This document shows positions 8,501 through 14,931 of a DNA stretch of 32,000 nucleotides, one piece after another. Under the pieces are notes generated by a model. It was given only the letters and a program-made list of their open reading frames with translations. It had not been told where the DNA came from and did not search any database. The translations under genes and the position numbers were made by a program. The stretch is from positions 31,800 to 63,799 of the forward strand of contig NZ_LWLG01000015.1 in assembly GCF_001652585.1 (NCBI RefSeq). Direction: 5' to 3'. The stretch is from Thermosulfurimonas dismutans. GTDB taxonomy: Bacteria; Desulfobacterota; Thermodesulfobacteria; Thermodesulfobacteriales; Thermodesulfobacteriaceae. Position 1 is the first letter of the stretch. Each line of letters begins with the position of its first letter.

Positions 8501-9594
8501 GGCGAGTGAAATATAACATGAGCTTTCAAATATATGGAGCTACCAGCTTTGATGGCCAACAGGAGTCCTACCCAGAACAGCATAAATGCCTTTTTGGGTA
8601 AACGGTTTCCGGTTTGGAGTTCAAGACCGGCGGCCAGAAGGCTCAAGGGGCCGAAGAGGGGCAAGATATAGAGCGGAAGGCGGGATTTAGCCAGCCAGAA
8701 GACTGTAAATGGTACTAGAAACCACAAGGCCACGATGCGGACTTTTTCCGAGGTTTTTAGGAAAGATCCGAGGGACCGTCCATTCTTTAGCAGGGAAAGG
8801 AAGATCGGTACAGCACCTACGGTAAGGAGAGGTAGGTAGAGGTAAAACGGGGCGTACCAGGCACTATTCCGGTGGAAGTAGTTGTGAAAGAGCCTTCCCG
8901 TAACTTGTTCCTTCAGAAAGACCTCCCAGAAGTAAGGAAAATGGAATTGAACATATAGATACCAGGGAAGAGCTATTATTAAAAAGACCAGGGCTCCTAA
9001 AAAGAGTCCCTGCCAGTCTCTTCTTTTTACCCAGCCATACCACAGGAAAGGGAGCATTACCGGAAGTACCGCTGTTCCTTTGGTCATGAAAGCTAGAGCC
9101 CAAAAGACCCAGGCAAGATGGGGAACCCTAAAGAAGGCCCAAGCCCCTAAGGTCTCCCACATAACCAGAAGGGTATCGGGGGTGACGATATTGGCGGCTA
9201 CAAAGGGCGTAAGAGTGGTGGCATAGAGGCTCCCGGTTCGCAAGCCCACTCCTTCTCCAAAGAGCCTCTTTCCAATGGCTGCCAAGGCCGCGGCCGTTAT
9301 GGCAAAGGCCAAGGCGTTAGGAACTCGCGCTCCCCAGCGGTTATCTCCAAAAACCCTGTAGCTCAGGGCTATAGTCCAATAAAATAGAGGAGGTTTAGTA
9401 AGATGGGGATGTCCCTTCCAGTATGGGATTAGAAAAGACTTGCTAGAGAGCATATTTCGAGCAATTTCAGTATAGCGATGTTCGTCTCGCCCCATATAAG
9501 GCCGAGTCCCCTGAAACCAAAGGCCCAAGACCAAGGCTAGAATAAAAATCTTAAAGACTGAATTTCTCAAGATTTTTAGCCTCCTAGCAACCAA
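8497..9594 (-). CDS. GT-C fold glycosyltransferase, ArnT/PMT_2-like, short form without C-terminal domain, about 357-365 aa (paralog A)
   Basis: First loop reads GRDEHRYTEIARNMLSSKSFLIPYWKGHPHLTKPPLFYW, and an MTKG motif is present. The start is uncertain. TTG at 9594 is preceded by AAGGTG. TTG at 9570 is preceded by AGGAGG 9 nt upstream and may be the real start. Confidence 0.75.
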   Translation of the reverse strand: MVARRLKILRNSVFKIFILALVLGLWFQGTRPYMGRDEHRYTEIARNMLSSKSFLIPYWKGHPHLTKPPLFYWTIALSYRVFGDNRWGARVPNALAFAITAAALAAIGKRLFGEGVGLRTGSLYATTLTPFVAANIVTPDTLLVMWETLGAWAFFRVPHLAWVFWALAFMTKGTAVLPVMLPFLWYGWVKRRDWQGLFLGALVFLIIALPWYLYVQFHFPYFWEVFLKEQVTGRLFHNYFHRNSAWYAPFYLYLPLLTVGAVPIFLSLLKNGRSLGSFLKTSEKVRIVALWFLVPFTVFWLAKSRLPLYILPLFGPLSLLAAGLELQTGNRLPKKAFMLFWVGLLLAIKAGSSIYLKAHVIFHSP

Positions 9595-9632
9595 ATTTCA
9601 CCTTGATTTTGTGGAATTCTTTTTGAGGCGGG

Positions 9633-9649
9633 GTTAAAACTGGATTAAA
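9633..9649 (-). promoter_or_regulatory. Direct-repeat box 1 (minus-strand reading TTTAAT-CCAGT-TTTAAC), candidate response-regulator site for the modification operon
   Basis: Two hexamers with 11-bp periodicity. 11 of 12 positions fit YTTAAK-N5-YTTAAK. An AAGAAT -10-like hexamer (9621..9616) lies downstream on the minus strand. Confidence 0.4.
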
Positions 9650-9664
9650 ATTTCTCAATGGAGC

Positions 9665-9681
9665 TTTAATTAAACTTTAAG
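9665..9681 (+). promoter_or_regulatory. Direct-repeat box 2 (TTTAAT-TAAAC-TTTAAG), candidate autoregulatory site for the response regulator/kinase genes
   Basis: 12 of 12 positions fit YTTAAK-N5-YTTAAK. It lies 24 bp upstream of the ATG at 9705. An A/T-rich -10-like TAAAAA (9693-9698) follows, and there is no Shine-Dalgarno. Confidence 0.4.
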
Positions 9682-9704
9682 GAAAACGTGCTTAAAAAAA
9701 CGTT

Positions 9705-10391
9705 ATGAGAAAGATTTTAGTGGTTGAGGATGATCGGGATCTGTTGGAATTTGTTTCTAGGGGATTACAGGAGGCCGGTTTTTCGGTAGAAGAAGCTCTT
9801 AATGCCTTTGCCGCTTATGAAATCCTGTTTAACACCGAAGTGGACCTGGTTATTCTCGATTTAATGCTTCCAGATATGGACGGATTCGAATTCTTAAAAA
9901 AATTGAGAAAACGCCGGCCACGGTTGCCCATTCTAATTCTGAGTGCTCGTAGTTCGGTGGACGATCGGGTGCGGGGACTTGAACTCGGAAGCGACGATTA
10001 TTTAACTAAGCCTTTTTCTTTTGCAGAATTGCTAGCCCGGGTGAAATCCCTTTTACGGAGGGCCTCTCAGTCCCCGGAGATGGAGGAAGTCCTTTCGGCC
10101 GGTCCTATAAGGCTCGACCTTCTGCGCCGTGAGGTCCGGGTGGGAGAAAAGCGAGTCGAACTTTCACCCAGAGAATTCGCGCTCCTTGAGTATTTGATGC
10201 GACACAAAGGCAGGGTCCTCACCAGGATTCAGATATTGGAAAAGATCTGGGGCTATCATTTTTCACCAGAGTCGAACATCGTGGATGTCTATATTTGTCG
10301 TTTGCGGGAAAAGCTCGGCTTGAGAAGGGATTCCCGCCCTACCATTAGGACCATACGCCAGGTGGGCTATACCTTTACGGATGAAGATTAA
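9705..10391 (+). CDS. OmpR/PhoB-family response regulator (receiver + winged-helix DNA-binding domain), 228 aa
   Basis: MRKILVVEDD N-terminus, phospho-acceptor context VILDLMLPDMDG, the TKPF lysine motif, and a C-terminal wHTH (RTIRQVGYTF). The 3' end overlaps the kinase gene by 11 bp. Confidence 0.9.
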   Translation: MRKILVVEDDRDLLEFVSRGLQEAGFSVEEALNAFAAYEILFNTEVDLVILDLMLPDMDGFEFLKKLRKRRPRLPILILSARSSVDDRVRGLELGSDDYLTKPFSFAELLARVKSLLRRASQSPEMEEVLSAGPIRLDLLRREVRVGEKRVELSPREFALLEYLMRHKGRVLTRIQILEKIWGYHFSPESNIVDVYICRLREKLGLRRDSRPTIRTIRQVGYTFTDED

Positions 10392-11796
10392 GTTGCCGAC
10401 AAAGAGCCTGGCCTTTCGTCTAGCGGTCCTTTACGGTTCCCTCTTTCTGGTGGCCACGGGTCTGGTTTTTGCAGTGGTCCACCTAATTCTTGCTCACAAA
10501 TTGCTTCAAAATCTGGATCAGGATCTCAAGGAGGATGTCTCCGAAATCACGACTATCTATCTTCGCAAGGGCCTCCCGGCTTTAAAATCCTTGGCTTCGG
10601 CGGAGCTAGCAGAGGAAGGGCCAAATAATTTTTTCTTTCGGATACTGGACTCCGAAGGCAGGGAGGTCTTTTCTGTAGGCAATTCCGTCTTTAAGACTCT
10701 CCCATGGCCCGATAGAGCTTCCGAATCCCCGAAGTTCTTTGTCTTTGATCTTACTGATTCCCTCGGAAGGGTAAGGGCCGTAGTTTGGAGGCTTGGAGAA
10801 CACCGTATGGAGATGGCGGTGCCCTTGCGTTTCAACCAGAGAATTTTAGCTCAGATCCACAGGGCCTTTTTGTGGGCAGGGGTGGTGGCCCTCCTGATAA
10901 GTTTTCCTATGGGTTTCCTCTTTGCCAAGAGATCCCTGAGACAGATCTTGGAGATAGAAAGAGTAGCCCGCGGCATTGTGGATGCCCGCGATTTTTCCCG
11001 ACGGGTTCCCCTTTCGGGTAGGGGAGATGAGCCCGACCGGCTGGCCGAGACTTTCAATTCCATGCTCGAGAAACTGGATCTCTACTTTCGGGAACTTCTT
11101 CAAATCTTCGACAATCTAGCCCATGATTTCAAGAACCTTCTTTCCCATCTCCGACTTTTGGCCGAAAGGGCTCTTGAAAAGAGAGACCCCGAAGAACGAG
11201 AAGAACTGATAGTCCGCATACTTTACGAAAGTGACCGTTTTCTTCATCTCCTGAATGTCCTTCTTGACCTCTCGGAGGCCGAAACGGGATTGCTCAAACT
11301 CAGAAGGGAGCGATTTCCTGTAAAAGATATCCTTGAAGAGGTAGATCAGGTGTTTCGGGAACTAGCTGTCAGCCAAGGCCTTAATTTCGAGATCCGCTAT
11401 CCCGATGAAGATCTTTACCTTTTTGCCGACAGGGCCAGGTTCCTTCAAGCCCTTTTAAACCTGGTGGACAACGCCTTTAAATATACCCCTTCTGGGGGCC
11501 GTATTCGGGTAGAAGCCAAAAGAAAGGGCGAAGACCTCGTAATTAAGGTTCAGGACTCCGGGCGAGGAATTTCTCCCGAGGAACTATCTCGGATCTTTGA
11601 TAGGTTTTATCGCGGCCGAGGTCCGGAAAGAGGGCGTGGTCTCGGGCTTTCCCTGGCTCGGGCCTACGTGGAGGCCCACGGGGGGGAGATTAGCGTAGAA
11701 AGCGAACCCGGTCGGGGGTCCGTCTTTTACATAGTCCTGCCCCAGACGTTACCAGTCGAAACGACCCATCCTGCAAAAGAGATCGTAGAAGATTAA
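10381..11796 (+). CDS. Sensor histidine kinase with periplasmic loop, HAMP, DHp and HATPase_c domains, 471 aa
   Basis: TM1 at about aa 11-37, a periplasmic loop of about 125 aa, and TM2 at about aa 161-182. H-box LAHDFKNLL, N-box LLNLVDNAFKYTP, G1 DSGRGI, F-box FDRFYRG, G2 GLGLSLA. Confidence 0.9.
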   Translation: MKIKLPTKSLAFRLAVLYGSLFLVATGLVFAVVHLILAHKLLQNLDQDLKEDVSEITTIYLRKGLPALKSLASAELAEEGPNNFFFRILDSEGREVFSVGNSVFKTLPWPDRASESPKFFVFDLTDSLGRVRAVVWRLGEHRMEMAVPLRFNQRILAQIHRAFLWAGVVALLISFPMGFLFAKRSLRQILEIERVARGIVDARDFSRRVPLSGRGDEPDRLAETFNSMLEKLDLYFRELLQIFDNLAHDFKNLLSHLRLLAERALEKRDPEEREELIVRILYESDRFLHLLNVLLDLSEAETGLLKLRRERFPVKDILEEVDQVFRELAVSQGLNFEIRYPDEDLYLFADRARFLQALLNLVDNAFKYTPSGGRIRVEAKRKGEDLVIKVQDSGRGISPEELSRIFDRFYRGRGPERGRGLGLSLARAYVEAHGGEISVESEPGRGSVFYIVLPQTLPVETTHPAKEIVED

Positions 11797-11801
11797 GAAT
11801 T

Positions 11802-11818
11802 TTTAATCTGTTTTCAAT
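11802..11818 (+). promoter_or_regulatory. Direct-repeat box 3 (TTTAAT-CTGTT-TTCAAT), candidate response-regulator site for the efflux operon
   Basis: 11 of 12 positions fit YTTAAK-N5-YTTAAK. Its first hexamer and flank (GAATTTTTAATCT) nearly match box 1 read on the minus strand (GAAATTTTAATCC). An extra TTTTAATCT copy lies at 11837-11845. Confidence 0.4.
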
Positions 11819-11828
11819 CTTTCTCTAA

Positions 11829-11856
11829 TTGTACCGTTTTAATCTTTCCCTATAGA
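11829..11856 (+). promoter_or_regulatory. Putative promoter of the efflux operon (TTGTAC-16 nt-TATAGA)
   Basis: Hexamers at 11829-11834 and 11851-11856. Shine-Dalgarno AAGGAGG at 11866-11872, 5 nt before the ATG at 11878. Confidence 0.35.
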
Positions 11857-11877
11857 CCTCTACCAAAGGAGGTTGTC

Positions 11878-12354
11878 ATGAAGGGAAAGAGTCAAAGCAA
11901 GTGGTTAAGATTCCTGATTACTTTGCTTATCGGCTTGGGGTTGTTAGTTATGGGAAAAGCTTCATGGGCGAGCCAGGATAAGGAACACGAAGCGGTAGGT
12001 GATGAAACCATCCAGGCGGAAAACTGCCCCCTCCCGGTCTTACTAGAGAATGAACTCGAGGAAAAGACCGTTCTCAAGAACCTCTACTGTGAACTCAGGG
12101 AAAACACCCTGATCATCAAAGGAAAAGTTCACAACCTCTCCCATACCGTACTCTCCGGGGTGGAGGTGGAAGCGGCCCTGGTGGGTGCCGGAAATGCGGT
12201 CCTGGCCCGACAGGATGTCCTTACCGTGCCGGAGATCCTGAGGAGTAAACGGCACAAGTTCGGCTACTTTACCATCAAGCTGCCTTATTTCTCGAAGGCC
12301 AGGAAGATTATTCTCAAGATTACTGCCGAGAGACAAGAAGTTGAGGAAGATTAG
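11878..12354 (+). CDS. Secreted protein of unknown function, 158 aa (first gene of the efflux operon)
   Basis: Strong Shine-Dalgarno. Signal peptide MKGKSQSKWLRFLITLLIGLGLLVMGKASWA with an AXA-like site SWA/S. The mature part has 2 Cys, an alternating beta-strand-like pattern and an acidic tail. No family motif recognised. Confidence 0.6.
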   Translation: MKGKSQSKWLRFLITLLIGLGLLVMGKASWASQDKEHEAVGDETIQAENCPLPVLLENELEEKTVLKNLYCELRENTLIIKGKVHNLSHTVLSGVEVEAALVGAGNAVLARQDVLTVPEILRSKRHKFGYFTIKLPYFSKARKIILKITAERQEVEED

Positions 12355-12359
12355 ACTTT

Positions 12360-12397
12360 GGCCTCGGAGAAGAACGGAAAGGTCTTATCTCGAGGCC
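12360..12397 (+). other. Intra-operon RNA hairpin (GGCCTCG...CGAGGCC outer stem) between the 158-aa gene and the OMF gene
   Basis: A 7-bp GC-rich outer stem (12360-12366 pairs with 12391-12397), plus inner pairs AAGA/TCTT. No T-run follows, so it is not a canonical intrinsic terminator. Confidence 0.3.
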
Positions 12398-12423
12398 TAC
12401 CAACCCCGCTCTGACAGCCAATT

Positions 12424-13827
12424 ATGAAAAAATATCGGAAGTTTTGCATCTTATTTCTCTTTATGCTTTCGGGCTGTGCGGTCTATCATCCTTTGCCTCT
12501 TGACCGGAAGGCGGAAGAGGCGGTCCTTAAAGGCCCGGATACCGAAGCTCTGGAAATAGAGGCCTCTCGGATAAAACATCCCCTTCTCAAGCCCGTAGAG
12601 TTCGATCTAAAGGACGGGCTCTCTCCGGATGAGGCCGCCATTTTGGCCGTGGTGGCCAATCCCGAGCTCCGGGCGGTAAGGGACGAAAAGAAGATAGCCT
12701 CTGCCCAGTTACTTCAGGCCGGGCTCCTTCCCAACCCTCAGCTTGCGCTAAGCTATGAGGTCCCCACGGCAGGGGTGACTTCCGGAACGGTAAATGCCTA
12801 CAGTCTTCAGCTTGACTGGGAGATAACCGCCTTACTTACCAGGGGGGCCAGGGTTTCTTCGGCCAGGGCGGAAAGGGCCGCGGTTGATCTCAACGTAGCC
12901 TGGAAGGAATGGCAGGTAGCCGAGGCCGCTAAACTTCACGCCTTGCGTCTACTCTGGGCCGAAAGGAAGGTAGCCCTTTTACGAGAGGCCGAAAGGGAGC
13001 TAAAAAAGAACCTCGCCTTGGTCGAAAGGGCCGTCTCCCTTGGAGAAAAGACGGCTCTCGATCTGGCCGCTGCCAGGGCTACCTACCAGAAGATAAGGCT
13101 TGACCTTGAAACCGCGAGAGAGGAAAGGGCCCGGGAAAGGCTTACACTAAACCGCGTTCTCGGTTTTCCTCCGAACACTTACTTGAAGATTCAAAAGGAT
13201 GTCCGGCTCCTCTCCTGGCCCCCACCCATCAAAAGAGAGAAACTTCTTTCCGGACTTGCGGAAAGGAGACTCGATCTCCTGGCCTTAAAGATGAGCTATC
13301 AGGCCCAGGACGAACGTCTTCGGGCCGCGGTGCTTTCCCAGTTTCCCAAAATAGGAATCGGTCTTATTCGGGCCAAGGATACCGGAGACGTGATCACCAC
13401 CGGATTGGCGGTCTCCATAGAGCTTCCCTTCTTTGACCGGGGCCAGGCCCACATTGCCCTGGAGGAAGCCACCCGCAAGAAGCTCTACGACGAATACCTG
13501 GCGAGACTCTTTTCCGCCCGAGCCGAGGTGGCAGAAATCCTTGAAAAAATGGCCTTTGTGCGCCGAAAGATCGTTGCTTCCGAGGAGGCCGTAGCAGCCC
13601 TCGAAAGATTGCTTGTCACTTATAAGGAGGCCCTCCATCAGGGAAATGCCGATCTTCTTGGTTACTACCGGCTGCAAAACGAACTTTTGCTCAAACGTCT
13701 CGAACTTCTTAGGCTCAGGCAGACACAAAGCGACCTCGGGGTGGCCCTGGAGATCGCCTCCGGGGTTTACCTTCCGATGAGGTGCAAGACGTTGGGAATT
13801 GTTAATCCCAAAGGAGATATGAAGTAA
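12424..13827 (+). CDS. Outer-membrane efflux lipoprotein, TolC/NodT family (OMF), 467 aa
   Basis: Lipobox LSGC at aa 15-18. Two-repeat coiled-coil/beta-barrel OEP-type sequence (PELRAVRDE, LLPNPQL, EIELPFFDRGQA). Confidence 0.85.
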   Translation: MKKYRKFCILFLFMLSGCAVYHPLPLDRKAEEAVLKGPDTEALEIEASRIKHPLLKPVEFDLKDGLSPDEAAILAVVANPELRAVRDEKKIASAQLLQAGLLPNPQLALSYEVPTAGVTSGTVNAYSLQLDWEITALLTRGARVSSARAERAAVDLNVAWKEWQVAEAAKLHALRLLWAERKVALLREAERELKKNLALVERAVSLGEKTALDLAAARATYQKIRLDLETAREERARERLTLNRVLGFPPNTYLKIQKDVRLLSWPPPIKREKLLSGLAERRLDLLALKMSYQAQDERLRAAVLSQFPKIGIGLIRAKDTGDVITTGLAVSIELPFFDRGQAHIALEEATRKKLYDEYLARLFSARAEVAEILEKMAFVRRKIVASEEAVAALERLLVTYKEALHQGNADLLGYYRLQNELLLKRLELLRLRQTQSDLGVALEIASGVYLPMRCKTLGIVNPKGDMK

Positions 13828-14931
13828 ATGAAAGATAGATTCGGGATAAACAAAAAAAGGTTGGCTATCCTAATCCTGGCCCATCTTATAGGGGCCATCT
13901 TCTGGCATTTAACTGGTTACTCCTTTCCGAGTTCTAAAAACGATAACCGCTATCCCCAAACATTTCTTAAAAAGACGGTCGCCGTAAAGGTTGCTCGAAT
14001 AAGAAAGGGAGAGATCTCCGAGACTGAGGTAGCTTACGGAACGGTCATCCCTGCTCCAGGAGCGGTGGAGATTATCTCGATCCCTTTTGAAAGCCAGGTA
14101 AGGCGTATTTTTGTGAGTGAGGGCGAAGAGATTAGCCCCGGAACTCCCTTGCTTGAGCTCGCTCCAAGTCCAGATAGCCTTTTGAAGCTTGAGGTGGCCC
14201 AAACGGCTTACAAGATGGCTAAAAAGAAACTCACCCAGGTCAAAAAGAAAAAGGCTCTTAAATTGGCCACTAATCAGGAATTGCTTCAGGCGGAACAGGC
14301 CTTTCAGGAGGCTAGACTTAGGCTCGAAAGTCTCAAGAAGAAGGGACTCGGAAAGACCAAGACCCTCAAGGCCTCGCAAGACGGGATCGTCGGCAAGGTT
14401 TATGTCCAAGAAGGAGCCATCGTCCCGGCAGGAGGCCCTTTGCTAGAGATCGTAACCGGAGGGGCCCTTGAAGTCAGACTAGGAGCCGAACCAGAGGATA
14501 TTTCTCGCCTGAAACCCGGAGAAAAAGTAAGACTTTTCCCGGTTAACAGACCGGCTAAGTCTGCCATAGAAGGCATTATCCGGGCCGTCTCCCGCTCGGT
14601 GAATCCTTCAACTCGGCTGGTGAACGTCTTTGTAGTCCCTGTCTCTCACAAAGACCTACTTCTTAATGAGTATGTCCGGGGCGAGATAATCGTTGCTGCT
14701 AAAGAAGCTCTCCTTGTTCCTCGTTCTGCGGTTCTTCCGGAAGGAGATCATTATGTCCTTTTTACCATCAAGGATGGTCGAGCCCGGAAACACACGGTCA
14801 AGATAGGTCTGGAAACCGAATCTCAGGTGGAGGTTATCGGCCAGGATCTCCATCCTGGAGATTTGGTGGTCATCCTTGGGAACTATGAACTTGAAGACGG
14901 AATAGCCGTTCGGACGGAGAAAATAGAGTGA
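13828..14931 (+). CDS. RND efflux periplasmic adaptor (MFP/HlyD_D23 type) 1, 367 aa
   Basis: N-terminal membrane anchor, a lipoyl-like hairpin (GEEISPGTPLLEL and GKVYVQEGAIVPAGGPLLEI), a coiled-coil segment and a beta-barrel C-terminus. The ATG directly abuts the OMF stop. Confidence 0.85.
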   Translation: MKDRFGINKKRLAILILAHLIGAIFWHLTGYSFPSSKNDNRYPQTFLKKTVAVKVARIRKGEISETEVAYGTVIPAPGAVEIISIPFESQVRRIFVSEGEEISPGTPLLELAPSPDSLLKLEVAQTAYKMAKKKLTQVKKKKALKLATNQELLQAEQAFQEARLRLESLKKKGLGKTKTLKASQDGIVGKVYVQEGAIVPAGGPLLEIVTGGALEVRLGAEPEDISRLKPGEKVRLFPVNRPAKSAIEGIIRAVSRSVNPSTRLVNVFVVPVSHKDLLLNEYVRGEIIVAAKEALLVPRSAVLPEGDHYVLFTIKDGRARKHTVKIGLETESQVEVIGQDLHPGDLVVILGNYELEDGIAVRTEKIE

